Source of the DNA: a virus
Lineage: Duplodnaviria > Caudoviricetes
Direction: 5' to 3' (one strand)
Length of the DNA: 62,604 nt
Virus record (IMG/VR): IMGVR_UViG_3300027898_000008
Coordinates: 1 to 62,604 of that record
Of this stretch, positions 25,058-35,339 are shown piece after piece (within the stretch, counting starts at the first letter, position 1; the number at the start of each line of letters is the position of its first letter). A program made the translations under genes and the position numbers. The notes below the pieces were generated by a model. That model was not told where the DNA came from, searched no databases, and saw only the letters and a list, made by a program, of their open reading frames with translations.

Positions 25058-27762
25058 TGGGTTACATTAGCCTTCCGGTTGTCACTGACAGTGACGTTCT
25101 CGTACAGCAAGCATTAGCTAATATCGCTGCAGCAATCCCTGGCTGGGTACCTCGTGAAGGTAACCTTGAGGTACTTGTGCTCGAGCAAATGGCTCTCATG
25201 GCGGCAGAAGCGGCCACAGTAGCGTCCAACGTTCCTGATGAAATCTTTGCTTATTTCGGTGGTCTTGTTGGCATTAACCCAATCCCAGGTACACTTGAAA
25301 CCATTCAAGTAACTTGGAATTTGATCAACCCTGCCACGGGTAGCCCTGGTTACCAAATTCCTGCTGGAACTGTCCTTGGATTTTACTTTGCCGGTGCTTC
25401 ATATCAATTCAAAACTATGTCAGACGCGGTTATCGCCACAGGTTTGTCCAGCATCTCCCTAACTCTTCAAGCCGTTACTGCTGGTTCCGCTTATGACCTT
25501 GATGCACTTGCCGCTAGTAGTTCTCTCAATCTATCTACACAATATCTTCAACTTATTAACCCTGATCCCTTGGTTTCAAACGTCATCATTACTTCAACAC
25601 CGGGGACCAATTCCGCTCTCGTTCTTGGCACCGATGCTGAGACAACCTCGTCTTACCTAAACCGTTTGAACGCTCAGCTCCAACTCCTTGCCCCGCGTCC
25701 GATCACCCCAAGCGATTACGCTATCTTTGCTCAGAATGTTGCTGGCATATATCGTGCAGTGGCTCTTGACGGTATAAACCCATTCACCAACTGGCTGTCA
25801 GCGGCTAACGCAAACCTAACACTAGCAACATCCATGCCTTCTGGATGGACTGGAGTTGGCAACGGTACCGCTGGAGCAGACACTCTAACTGCGCCTGGAA
25901 CATCACCAAACAACTATGTCGCTGCCACCACAACGGCAGCAGCTCTCGCCGCTAACGTTCCCTTTCAGGCCGCAACAATTGTTGGGGCCACAAGCGTAGT
26001 AGCGTTGATTGGTACCGGTGGTCTTGGAACATTCAGTACAACAGCTAGTGCAGCTAACCCCACGGTAATTTCGATTATCGATGCCACCAATGGCAACGAA
26101 ATAGCTATTGCTACTACTGTTGGAGCGGCCACTGGATCTGGTTCGGGCACTCAGCAAATCCTTACCCTTGCTGCCCCTCTTCAGTACATTCACGGTACCT
26201 CAGCAACTATTACTATCCTTCAAGGAGCCATGCTTCCTCTTGCGGGTGCTGCTCCCGGCGCTGCTGGGATGCTTGCCCCTAATGCAAAGTATTACCTTGC
26301 GTCAACAGTCGTACAGTGCGGCACAGATACCACAGGTACGGCCATTCCTTACCTCGTAGCACAGTGCACATACCTTGACGGATCAACTCGCACGTTTTCG
26401 TCGGCTCAGAAAATTGGTAGCACTCTATACGATTACACGGCTGATCAGAAAAACATCATCTGCACAATCCCTGTTTCCAACTCTAACTCTTCATACTTGG
26501 CTCCAGGAGCAACAGGTGTCTACACAGCGCTCAAGCCGACTCTTGCATCAGTACAGCTATTCGTTGTTTGGGCAACTCAAGGTTTAACAAAAACTCACTT
26601 CATTTTTTACAACGATTTGTCGGCGGTAAATTTCCGATTTGACGGTGATGACAACCCGTTAATTTCTACGAGTAATTGGAACTTTGTTTTTGACTCCAAC
26701 ATGGCGGCTTTGTTTTTCGGCAACGCTGTCTTAGCTTCTTGGACGATCCCATCACCGATCATTACGATACCCGGATTTGGCATTCAATATCTTGGGACGG
26801 GTTCTGCGCTTGCTTCTCCATTGACTTGCATTTCTCCGATCTTCAACTTGTCTAATAATCAAAGCGACATTGTTGGAACAAGTCGAACTTACACTGCATT
26901 TGCAACGGTTGACTCATCGTATGCAGGATCGACTTACGGCAACATCATTGTCGAAGTATGGGACATGAGTACCGGCGCCATTCTAACAACGTTGCCAGGA
27001 CCAACCAACGTTATTGTCTCGCCCACATCTGCTGGTGTTACAAGCCTTGTAGTGCCGTTTACGCTTACTTCGCCGCGAGATGTTGAAGTACGAGTAATCT
27101 TCAACACAGGACTAAACGTTCCTTTGAACTCGAGCGTACTTGTAACCAACATTGGAATTATGAGCGGAAACGTAAGCGCCGCTAATGTTGTGGCTAACAA
27201 CGATGTTGGCGCCACATGGACTCCTGGTGGGCTGTATTCCACTCAAGCATTTAACTATCCACGCCAAGTATCAATATGCCCAATTGACTCTAACGGTATA
27301 GGCGTAACTGATTTGATTCAAGACAACTTGACAAATTATCTCTCTGCTCATCGTGAGGTCAATTTCACAATTAACATTCTTCAGCCAAGTTACGTTCCCA
27401 TTGATGTTCAATGGACTGGATACATTATTCCTGGTTATGTTGCATCGACGGTTCAGGCAAATGTCAACACAGCTATTCGAGCATTTCTCACCCCCGCCAC
27501 GTGGGCTCTTGGGTCAAGCAGTCCCCCTTCTTGGGATGGGTCTCAAACAACTATTCGTGTGTTTGACATTGCCAGCGTGATTGGTCTTGTTGAGGGGATG
27601 GGAAGCATCGTTTCTGTAACTACCCGTCAGTCATACCCCACGTCAGGCGCTTATGGAACCACCGACATTGTTATGACTGGAATAGCAACTCTTCCTTTAG
27701 CTAATAATGTCACCGGCAACCTGTTGGAGAACGCTGCTTCAGCATATAGTGGATTGAGCTAA
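25057..27762 (+). CDS. Baseplate J-like protein with large internal insertion
   Basis: IPAGT, GTDAET...YLNRL, PITPSDY N-terminal half; C-terminal YVPIDVQWT; about 500 aa insertion between them. Confidence 0.85.
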   Translation: MGYISLPVVTDSDVLVQQALANIAAAIPGWVPREGNLEVLVLEQMALMAAEAATVASNVPDEIFAYFGGLVGINPIPGTLETIQVTWNLINPATGSPGYQIPAGTVLGFYFAGASYQFKTMSDAVIATGLSSISLTLQAVTAGSAYDLDALAASSSLNLSTQYLQLINPDPLVSNVIITSTPGTNSALVLGTDAETTSSYLNRLNAQLQLLAPRPITPSDYAIFAQNVAGIYRAVALDGINPFTNWLSAANANLTLATSMPSGWTGVGNGTAGADTLTAPGTSPNNYVAATTTAAALAANVPFQAATIVGATSVVALIGTGGLGTFSTTASAANPTVISIIDATNGNEIAIATTVGAATGSGSGTQQILTLAAPLQYIHGTSATITILQGAMLPLAGAAPGAAGMLAPNAKYYLASTVVQCGTDTTGTAIPYLVAQCTYLDGSTRTFSSAQKIGSTLYDYTADQKNIICTIPVSNSNSSYLAPGATGVYTALKPTLASVQLFVVWATQGLTKTHFIFYNDLSAVNFRFDGDDNPLISTSNWNFVFDSNMAALFFGNAVLASWTIPSPIITIPGFGIQYLGTGSALASPLTCISPIFNLSNNQSDIVGTSRTYTAFATVDSSYAGSTYGNIIVEVWDMSTGAILTTLPGPTNVIVSPTSAGVTSLVVPFTLTSPRDVEVRVIFNTGLNVPLNSSVLVTNIGIMSGNVSAANVVANNDVGATWTPGGLYSTQAFNYPRQVSICPIDSNGIGVTDLIQDNLTNYLSAHREVNFTINILQPSYVPIDVQWTGYIIPGYVASTVQANVNTAIRAFLTPATWALGSSSPPSWDGSQTTIRVFDIASVIGLVEGMGSIVSVTTRQSYPTSGAYGTTDIVMTGIATLPLANNVTGNLLENAASAYSGLS

Positions 27763-27763
27763 A

Positions 27764-29050
27764 ATGACGATACCAGTCAGTTACGCCACTCAGCAAATCT
27801 ATCAAGCTGTGCCACAAAATATTCAGGACCAAGACGCTGCTTCAGGCTACCCACTTTACTATTACTTGTACGGTATCTGCCAATCGATTGATCGCCTTGA
27901 CACCTTAATGATTGATAACATGGGGGCCGGAGTATGCGTTACGCCTACCACTCTTGAAGGTCTTGAAATTTCTGAGTCGTATCTTTTAAACGCAATTACG
28001 TCTTCAGAGACAACGATGACCATCTTTGGTACGGATACAACGTGGAATCAGGTTCCCACTGCGTCCAACTTTGTCGTGCAAATAGAAAACGAAAATATCC
28101 TCGTTCCAGGCGGTTCTTACAACTGGTCTGCTGTCAGCGTCACTCTTTCTGGTTTGACGCGCGGCTATCAAAATACTGTTGCTGTTTCACATGCTGCAAG
28201 CACAGGGGCTAATGGCACAATCGATCTCGAGGATTACTCTGGTGCCCCCGGCTGGTCTCAAATCTTAGATATACGACGCTGCCCTCAGTACGCTCTTCCT
28301 TGGTTAAGCCAGTTCATTGGATCTAATGTAACGCAAAACAACACTTTGACGTATCAGCAGATCCAAAACAAAATGGCAACACGTTCTGGGTTCCAGCGTG
28401 CCACCACTGCTTCTATAATTGCTGAAATGGTGAACGTTGTTAACGTCACTACTGCGTCTCCAACACCTATGCTTGCTAGCCAAGTAATTGTTCTTGAAAA
28501 CACCGAGCTTTTGGCTGCTGATGGAGGAGCACTCGGTGCAGCTATTACGACAACTGGCGCAACTTCGATTACAATCACTAACACTGATTCTTCATGGGGA
28601 AGTCTTGGGTCAAATACAAGTTTTGTTATTACCGTAGACGCTGAAAAAATCTCTATTCCTAAGGGAAATTACAACTGGATGGCATCACCAGTTACCATCA
28701 CTGGTGTAACACGTGGATACGGTGGGACAACAGCAGCAACTCATTTGATCAATGCTCCTGTAACTTTGAGTGGCGGTGGAGTGGTATACGGATACAACGC
28801 TTACGCCATGACTATCTTGATCCCGGCTTCTTTTTACAACCTTTTCACTTACGCAAGTCTTTTGACATCAGCAGTTGCTGCTGGGTATGCAGGAACATAC
28901 ACGGGAGTTATTGCGTACATCACTGCAAAACTTGGTGGATACTACATCGACCTTTCTGGTGGGGTGTTCCCGGTTTCAACGTCACAATTCATTAATTTCA
29001 TTTACCGTTATCGCCCAGCGGGAATTCAAACCTTTATCGGAGGTTACTAG
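27764..29050 (+). CDS. Baseplate/tail protein I-like with two inserted repeat domains
   Basis: CPQYALPWLSQFIG, RSGFQRAT, C-terminal RPAG; two TRGY..T.A..H domains. Confidence 0.75.
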   Translation: MTIPVSYATQQIYQAVPQNIQDQDAASGYPLYYYLYGICQSIDRLDTLMIDNMGAGVCVTPTTLEGLEISESYLLNAITSSETTMTIFGTDTTWNQVPTASNFVVQIENENILVPGGSYNWSAVSVTLSGLTRGYQNTVAVSHAASTGANGTIDLEDYSGAPGWSQILDIRRCPQYALPWLSQFIGSNVTQNNTLTYQQIQNKMATRSGFQRATTASIIAEMVNVVNVTTASPTPMLASQVIVLENTELLAADGGALGAAITTTGATSITITNTDSSWGSLGSNTSFVITVDAEKISIPKGNYNWMASPVTITGVTRGYGGTTAATHLINAPVTLSGGGVVYGYNAYAMTILIPASFYNLFTYASLLTSAVAAGYAGTYTGVIAYITAKLGGYYIDLSGGVFPVSTSQFINFIYRYRPAGIQTFIGGY

Positions 29051-30517
29051 ATGGCCACAGGACTTACATCCAGACAGGGAATCCTATACCCCCTTGCAGC
29101 TGACCCTGCTAACATCGCTACAGACATGCAGAACATCGCACAATACTGCGACACTAATTTCATTCCCTATACTCAAAGTGCGGCCACGACTCCTCCATCA
29201 ACAACCATTTCCGGTTCCATTTGGTGGTGCACCAATACTTCCGTAACTTGGTATGGAATGAATTACTACAATGGTAGCTCTTGGATTAACATTGGTGTTG
29301 ACCCCGTGTATTACGGATCTACCACTCCGACAACACCGTACATCAGCATGGTTTGGGTGAACACCAACACCACGAGCCCAAGCATTCAGGTTTACAATGG
29401 AACCTCTTGGATTTCTATACTCCCCGGCACCAACACTGCGGGGCTTTCACCGGTTTCGAGCGGATCTGGATGGGTTGCTGGTGTTCCTACGGACAGCACC
29501 AAAGTTGCTTTGAGCAATTACAATGTTTCTGGTAAAAATGCTTTGATCAATGGTGCAATGGAAATATGGCAACGCCTTGTGTATCCTGCAACTTCTTTTA
29601 GCCTTGCAGCCAGTACGATCACTTACACTGCAGACCGATGGGCTGCTTATGTAGCTGGAACGGGATATACAGTAAGCAATGTTGCTCCTTCTTTGACAAC
29701 ATACACGAATAATGCTCGAGTGCAAAGAAACTTAGGAAATCCTTCTACGTCAGTACCATTTTTTTCGCAATCAATTGGAACACTTAATTCATATCGTTTT
29801 GCTGGTCAGCAAGTTACTATTTCTTTTTGGGCAAGAGCCGGATCTAACTATTCGTCATTGTCAAATGCTTTGACGGTTCAGTTAATTTCTGGAACAGGTT
29901 CAGACCAAAATGTTTTAAATGGTGGTTTTACCGGTGCAACAAACGTTGTTAACTCAACGGCAACTTTGACAACTTCATGGCAACAGTTTTCTTTTACTGG
30001 AACTGTTTCTGGAGCCGCAAGCCAACTGGGCATAATGTTTTTTTACACACCCGTTGGTACGGCTGGGTCAAACGATTACTATGACATTACGGGAATTCAA
30101 GTAGAAATTGGATCATCTCTAACGGCTTTTTCTCGTCACTCAGGTTCATATCAAGAAGAACTTATCTGTTGTCAATTCTATTTTCAAGCTCTTCAAAATT
30201 ACACATATGGAGTTTGGGGATCTGGAACAATTATTGGAACGGTTGGGTCTTCATCAACTACTGGATATGTGTATGTTCCTTTTCCAGTTACAATGCGAGC
30301 TATACCTACATTTACGTTAGCTCCATTTTCACAATTTTTAGTAATACCCGGAAGCATTTCGATTACAGCTCTTTCTGCTGGTGGCCCTACTGGCGGCACA
30401 TCTACAAGAGGCGTAAACCTTGTTGTCACAACAACTTCTGTTAACGCAGGCACAGGAATACTCTTGCAAGATGCGGGTGGAAATACATCTTACGTATTTG
30501 CAAACTCAGAAATTTAA
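29051..30517 (+). CDS. Tail fibre / receptor-binding protein with carbohydrate-binding-like domain
   Basis: YNGSSW repeats; KNALINGAMEIWQR, ADRW, VTISFWAR, IQVEIGS, ELICCQFYFQ, FPVTMRAIPT. Confidence 0.85.
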   Translation: MATGLTSRQGILYPLAADPANIATDMQNIAQYCDTNFIPYTQSAATTPPSTTISGSIWWCTNTSVTWYGMNYYNGSSWINIGVDPVYYGSTTPTTPYISMVWVNTNTTSPSIQVYNGTSWISILPGTNTAGLSPVSSGSGWVAGVPTDSTKVALSNYNVSGKNALINGAMEIWQRLVYPATSFSLAASTITYTADRWAAYVAGTGYTVSNVAPSLTTYTNNARVQRNLGNPSTSVPFFSQSIGTLNSYRFAGQQVTISFWARAGSNYSSLSNALTVQLISGTGSDQNVLNGGFTGATNVVNSTATLTTSWQQFSFTGTVSGAASQLGIMFFYTPVGTAGSNDYYDITGIQVEIGSSLTAFSRHSGSYQEELICCQFYFQALQNYTYGVWGSGTIIGTVGSSSTTGYVYVPFPVTMRAIPTFTLAPFSQFLVIPGSISITALSAGGPTGGTSTRGVNLVVTTTSVNAGTGILLQDAGGNTSYVFANSEI

Positions 30518-30551
30518 AACTTAATAATTTGATTAAAGAAATAGGACAAAC

Positions 30552-31271
30552 ATGGCTAAATACCCTAAGGCGATATGGACACCTGCCGCCGCGACCAACC
30601 ACGGTGGACCCATCGGCAAGATAACTCTTGGCGTTATGCACATCGAGCAAGGAACTGAATCTGGCACCAACGCTTGGTTCAAAAATCCTGCTGCTCAAGT
30701 TTCTTCACACTTTGGTGTCGGTAAAGACGGAAAAGTCTACCAGTTTGTCGATACATCCGTTACCGCATGGGCTGAAGTAAATTACAATGGCCAAGCTATT
30801 TCTATAGAGCATGAAGGCATGAGTGGTACGCCTCTAACTCCACAGCAGATTGCCGCTGACGAAGATCTATACGTGTGGATATATCACACTCACGGAGTTC
30901 CGTTGGCACGCACTACTGACCCTACTAAATCGGGTTGGATTGGGCACGGAGAACTTGGGGTTGAAGGTGGCAATCACATTAGCTGTCCTGGCGCCCCCAT
31001 CCTTGCACAAATAAACACCATCATAGCTGGGGCTAAAACTAAGCTGAGCACGCCAAACCCATCTTCAGCACAATTGGCAGCACACGGATACGTTTTGTTG
31101 TCAAACCCAGTTGAAGCCGCTCTAGCCACCAAAAATGGTTGGGCTATTTTTGTGTGGAATGGAGTTGGATTTTCCAATGCCCCCGCCAGCCTGCCAGTTG
31201 GCACTCACGAATACGCTTCTAAGAATTACAAGACTCACAATCCTGCTGTTGCTGCACCCCTAGGAGAGTAG
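30552..31271 (+). CDS. Endolysin, N-acetylmuramoyl-L-alanine amidase (Amidase_2)
   Basis: VMH, SSHFGV, QFVD, ISIEHEG, IGH, H.SCPG. Confidence 0.9.
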   Translation: MAKYPKAIWTPAAATNHGGPIGKITLGVMHIEQGTESGTNAWFKNPAAQVSSHFGVGKDGKVYQFVDTSVTAWAEVNYNGQAISIEHEGMSGTPLTPQQIAADEDLYVWIYHTHGVPLARTTDPTKSGWIGHGELGVEGGNHISCPGAPILAQINTIIAGAKTKLSTPNPSSAQLAAHGYVLLSNPVEAALATKNGWAIFVWNGVGFSNAPASLPVGTHEYASKNYKTHNPAVAAPLGE

Positions 31272-31273
31272 TC

Positions 31274-31837
31274 ATGTTTGCAGAATCATTCTGGGTCTGG
31301 TCAAATACAGGGCTCGGATACATAGTCAACGTCTTCTTCTTCGTCGGTGGTATTGTATCAACAATCGCTTTCGTTGATAGGCGCCACCGCAAAAACGAAG
31401 AAAAACGTGATTCTGAACGTGACGCCGAAATAGAAACAGCAGTCGAAGCCAAGGTAACAGAGAGCATAACTAAACTCATGGAGGGCGTTGATTCTGCAAT
31501 TGAAAAAAGTGTTCGAGAAGAAATCGGAGAGTTGAAAACAGCTGTAGCAGAAGTTCAAAGTGAAGTACGCTACAACGGTGGATCAACTATGAAAGACTCG
31601 CAACGCCGTTTAGAAGCGTCTCAGTCCACAATACTCTTAGCTCTTGATGCACTTCAAGAAGGTCAAACCTTGCAGCGCGACATCCTCAATAATCAAGTCA
31701 TTCTTATGGGTGTCCAAAAGAATATGATCGAAAAGATTGATTCTCGTCAAGATTCTGATGCAAAGGTAGCTATTAAATTCGGAGAACAAATGGCTAACCA
31801 CCTTGGATGGCACGCTGCTAAAAGAGGAGACAGCTAA
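31274..31837 (+). CDS. Membrane-anchored coiled-coil protein (lysis cassette)
   Basis: N-terminal TM; NGGSTMKD motif as in actinophage lysis-cassette proteins. Confidence 0.7.
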   Translation: MFAESFWVWSNTGLGYIVNVFFFVGGIVSTIAFVDRRHRKNEEKRDSERDAEIETAVEAKVTESITKLMEGVDSAIEKSVREEIGELKTAVAEVQSEVRYNGGSTMKDSQRRLEASQSTILLALDALQEGQTLQRDILNNQVILMGVQKNMIEKIDSRQDSDAKVAIKFGEQMANHLGWHAAKRGDS

Positions 31838-32199
31838 TGTTGATGTGGCTCGTTGTGCTTGCTGGTGCCTGCATGGCAGTTCAAGATACGTTGAATGCTC
31901 TTAAAGTTCAAGCTCTTAGCCGCAATCACGGTTTGGCCGCTTCAATCATAGATGCTTTTTTGTGGGGCGCAACGATCACGGGAACAACAATTGCCGTTTT
32001 TGCTTTTCATGGAAACAATTGGGCAGAAAAAATCACTTTGATTGTTTCAGTTGTTGTAGGAACATTTATCGGAAACATTTCTGGTTCACGTTTGGGAAAG
32101 AAATTCATTAAAGATGCAGAAAACATTTCACAAGATGATCGCATAACAGCATTAGAGAACAAAATTCAAGAGATCACTTCGGGAGGAAAAGAATGGTAG
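31837..32199 (+). CDS. Three-TM membrane protein (possible holin)
   Basis: Hydrophobic segments and charged C-terminus. Confidence 0.6.
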   Translation: MLMWLVVLAGACMAVQDTLNALKVQALSRNHGLAASIIDAFLWGATITGTTIAVFAFHGNNWAEKITLIVSVVVGTFIGNISGSRLGKKFIKDAENISQDDRITALENKIQEITSGGKEW

Positions 32200-32924
32200 A
32201 CATGAGAGAAGCAGGCCTTCGAGGCAAGCTACCGGCAAAGCATCTTCTAACAACGTCGCTTCGTGACTACATGAAGGTTAGCTTGCCTTCTACACCAACT
32301 TCAGTTGATTACGGTCCTCGTGTTCCTAATTATCCGATGGCCCTTAATGACCAATTGGGGATTTGTACCATTGCTGGTGCCATCCACTTGCTTCAGCTCC
32401 AATACGCTGAGATCGGTGAAGTTTTTGACTACCCCGGTGACGATGCCACGCGTACCGAATACTTTTCGGAAACGGGCGGTGTGGATAGTGGTTGTGTAGA
32501 AACCTCGGTTCTCAACAAGTGGTCTACGACAGGTTTGTTTGGCACAAAGCTTGCTGCTTGGATTCCGGTCAACCCTCGTGACGAACAGGAAATGCGTGCT
32601 GCTATCTATCTCTTTGGTGGAGTGTACTTGGGGGTTGAGCTTCCATCTAACGCCGAAGAGCAATTCGAAAAGCACGAATCATGGCATCTTACTATTCCGC
32701 GTGGTCGCCCAGTTGGAGGTCATTGCATAGTAGGATCTGGATACAATCGTGAAGGCGTCAACGTCATTACATGGGGCGAAGAAACTGTTGCAACGTGGGA
32801 CTGGATGGACAAATATTGCTCTGAGGCTTACGTTGTAATTCCTCAGGCGTTTGTTGAAGCCGATCATGGACCAATCTACAAGATTGATATTGAAACCCTA
32901 CAAGCTGACCTTAAGTTGTTCTAA
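32193..32924 (+). CDS. Papain-like (C1) cysteine peptidase
   Basis: NDQLGICTIAG (Cys), GGHCIV (His), ITWG. Confidence 0.75.
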   Translation: MVDMREAGLRGKLPAKHLLTTSLRDYMKVSLPSTPTSVDYGPRVPNYPMALNDQLGICTIAGAIHLLQLQYAEIGEVFDYPGDDATRTEYFSETGGVDSGCVETSVLNKWSTTGLFGTKLAAWIPVNPRDEQEMRAAIYLFGGVYLGVELPSNAEEQFEKHESWHLTIPRGRPVGGHCIVGSGYNREGVNVITWGEETVATWDWMDKYCSEAYVVIPQAFVEADHGPIYKIDIETLQADLKLF

Positions 32925-33472
32925 TGGCCTACACCCCCAAGCCCGGTGACGCTGTATTTGCACGCACCAAGACAACATATGGTGTACTTATTCGTGGCGC
33001 ACAAGCGCTGCGTTGGTGGCAAGGACGCGACTGGAATCACATGGCCATCGTAGTACGTGTAGACCCTGACGGTACTGTATGGTGCCTTCAAATGGTCAAG
33101 AAATGCACTCTTGTCAAGCTCGAAGATGTTGCTAAGGGAGGGCACGTTAAAATCGTTCCCATACCTGATGATGTAGATGCAAATCGTGCGGTTGCTTATG
33201 CGTACAAACAATTGGGCATCGATTATGGTGTTGCCACAATTGTGAGCGTAGCCATAAATCTAGCACTGCCACGCTTTCTCAATTTTGATTTTACCCGCCC
33301 AGGAACTTTAATTTGTTCTGGCCTCGTAGCAAGAAGTTGGGAACATGGAGGATGGGATTGCCCCGTTTCTCCATTTCAAATTACACCAGGTCAGTTTGAC
33401 CAAATAATGGGCGGTGGGGGAACCCCCGTTTATCACTCTTTAGGAGAAAACAATGTCTACAGAAGTCTTTAA
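32924..33472 (+). CDS. Permuted NlpC/P60 (YiiX/YebB-like) cysteine hydrolase
   Basis: PGD...WNHMAIV...GIDY...LICSGLVARSW...ITPG. Confidence 0.8.
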   Translation: MAYTPKPGDAVFARTKTTYGVLIRGAQALRWWQGRDWNHMAIVVRVDPDGTVWCLQMVKKCTLVKLEDVAKGGHVKIVPIPDDVDANRAVAYAYKQLGIDYGVATIVSVAINLALPRFLNFDFTRPGTLICSGLVARSWEHGGWDCPVSPFQITPGQFDQIMGGGGTPVYHSLGENNVYRSL

Positions 33473-33884
33473 CAACACCGTGTTCACGCCGCCAACAGTA
33501 CACGCAATGTTCTATGATCCCATTTCTACAAACATCAGTCATTTTGATGGCAAAGTCCAGAATGTAATCACTCCTGCTACAACGGCACCAGCTACCCCCG
33601 CTGCTGGAACTGCGCCCACCCTTTCCTCCGGTGTTGCAACTCAAAATGCGGCTTCAGTTGCCGGTGAATACTATGTGTCTATTACAGGAGCTGCCTCTGG
33701 AACAGTCAAGATCGATGTTGGCGCTACCTCGGCTTGCACCACAAATGTTGTTCCTGTCGTCACGGGCAACGGCGTAAACTCAAACACCTTCCTTGTCAAA
33801 GTTCCAGCTGCTTGGTATATCAAGGTGACGGTTGTTAACTGCACCATCGTTAACCCTGTACCTGTAGTTCTAGGCGTATTTTAG
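33453..33884 (+). CDS. Hypothetical protein (possible virion decoration)
   Basis: AGGAG RBS; Thr/Ala/Val-rich beta composition. Confidence 0.65.
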   Translation: MSTEVFNNTVFTPPTVHAMFYDPISTNISHFDGKVQNVITPATTAPATPAAGTAPTLSSGVATQNAASVAGEYYVSITGAASGTVKIDVGATSACTTNVVPVVTGNGVNSNTFLVKVPAAWYIKVTVVNCTIVNPVPVVLGVF

Positions 33885-33891
33885 GATCAAC

Positions 33892-34350
33892 ATGACGAAA
33901 CCTGACGTAGCTGCCCATTCTGGCAGCATAACTAACAGGTACACGGTTCACTATCCAGCGCACCCTCCGCGCTCTGGAGATCCCCACTACAAGGACTTCA
34001 ACGCAATCCACCGAGCGTGGAAAAAGGACCCTGAAAAGTGGCAGTGTGCTATTGGCAAACACCGTAATGACTTTTCTGAATGCTCATTAGAAAAACCGCT
34101 TGAGCTTCACCATGCACATGTTGAGTTTTCTCTTGAGAATGGCGTAGATCTTGCGTGGCTTGAGGTAGATTACCCTGGCATCTCAGATCCTGCTTCAATT
34201 GGGGCTTGGATCGAGTCGGCGCCCAACCTAATGGTTCTGTGTGTCCACCACCACCGTGGATCAGGTGGTATCCATCACGCAAGCGCTTCCGACTTCGAAG
34301 CCGAACGTTACGTTAGGGGACTCATTACTGATGCTCCCAAAAAGCTCTAA
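33892..34350 (+). CDS. His-rich HNH-like protein
   Basis: C...C...LELHHAHVE...NLMVLCVHHHRG...GIH. Confidence 0.65.
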   Translation: MTKPDVAAHSGSITNRYTVHYPAHPPRSGDPHYKDFNAIHRAWKKDPEKWQCAIGKHRNDFSECSLEKPLELHHAHVEFSLENGVDLAWLEVDYPGISDPASIGAWIESAPNLMVLCVHHHRGSGGIHHASASDFEAERYVRGLITDAPKKL

Positions 34351-34365
34351 AGCTTAGCACCAATC

Positions 34366-34394
34366 ATTGACTTTTGAGCAAGATGTAGTAAAAT
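34366..34394 (+). promoter_or_regulatory. sigma70-type promoter for the second structural operon
   Basis: TTGACT-17 nt-TAAAAT. Confidence 0.7.
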
Positions 34395-34466
34395 TAGGTC
34401 ACTACGTGTCCTGATTCTAAGAACGCGAACGTTGGAAACAACTCCGCCCTCAACAAGGAGACCAAA

Positions 34467-35042
34467 GTGTCTTTAACTTACTTGACAGCCGCTGTCGCCA
34501 ATGCGATGGTGGAGACTGCTTACCCGTCCAACACGATTTCGCACACCGCGTCTGCTACTAACGGTACCACAACTCTAACCTTCACTGCTTCTGAGGCTCT
34601 GAGCATTTCGGTTGGCATGACGGTTACTGGTGCAGGTATTACATCAGGTGGACTTGTCGTTACCAACCCCGGAACTGGGGTTGTGACAATCTCCGGTACT
34701 ATCACCACCCTGACCGCTTCTTCATACGTATTCACACTTTCACCATACGCTTCGCTTCACACAACGACTCCGGGTAACACTGGCGCCGCTGAAGTATCTG
34801 GTGGATCTTACGCACGTCAAACCATCGCATTCGGTGCCCCTGCATCGGGTGTCAAGACATCTACCACTGCTCAGAACTGGACTAACATGCCCGCTGTCAC
34901 CGTTGGATACTTCGGGTTCTGGACGGCTGTCACTGCTGGTACATGGATCGGTGGCGGCATTTTGGGATCATCTCTAACCGTTCCTTCGGGAGCAACTGTC
35001 GCCGCCGCCATCGGTGCCATCACAGCGACAGTTTCGGGTTGA
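34467..35042 (+). CDS. Virion structural protein (minor tail/fibre-associated)
   Basis: AAGGAG RBS; YASLHTTTPG...EVSGGSYARQ...GFWTA motif common in actinophage structural proteins. Confidence 0.75.
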   Translation: MSLTYLTAAVANAMVETAYPSNTISHTASATNGTTTLTFTASEALSISVGMTVTGAGITSGGLVVTNPGTGVVTISGTITTLTASSYVFTLSPYASLHTTTPGNTGAAEVSGGSYARQTIAFGAPASGVKTSTTAQNWTNMPAVTVGYFGFWTAVTAGTWIGGGILGSSLTVPSGATVAAAIGAITATVSG

Positions 35043-35063
35043 TCAGGACTATAGGAGAAAATC

Positions 35064-35339
35064 ATGAGCGCAGAAATTAAAGCCAAAAAGACTTACATTC
35101 GTGACAATGAAGACGGTACACCTTTCTTCAACTACGACTTTACGGATGTCATCAATGTTGACACTCACGCCATCATTCTGACTGGCCCCATTCAGGGTCC
35201 CATCCACATGGAAGACGGCACTGTGTACAACGTCACTGACTTTGCTATTGCCGTAAAGCACGAGCACAACGATGAAGTAACTGGGAAGATTCAGGAAGCA
35301 CACAAAGTTTCTGGTACCTTCACACAAGACGCGGAATAA
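35064..35339 (+). CDS. Hypothetical protein
   Basis: AGGAG RBS; coupled to next gene. Confidence 0.7.
   Translation: MSAEIKAKKTYIRDNEDGTPFFNYDFTDVINVDTHAIILTGPIQGPIHMEDGTVYNVTDFAIAVKHEHNDEVTGKIQEAHKVSGTFTQDAE

Noticed and set aside
15340-29050. Stand-alone contractile injection system or tailocin
   Set aside because: Terminase, portal, capsid and replication genes show a complete phage
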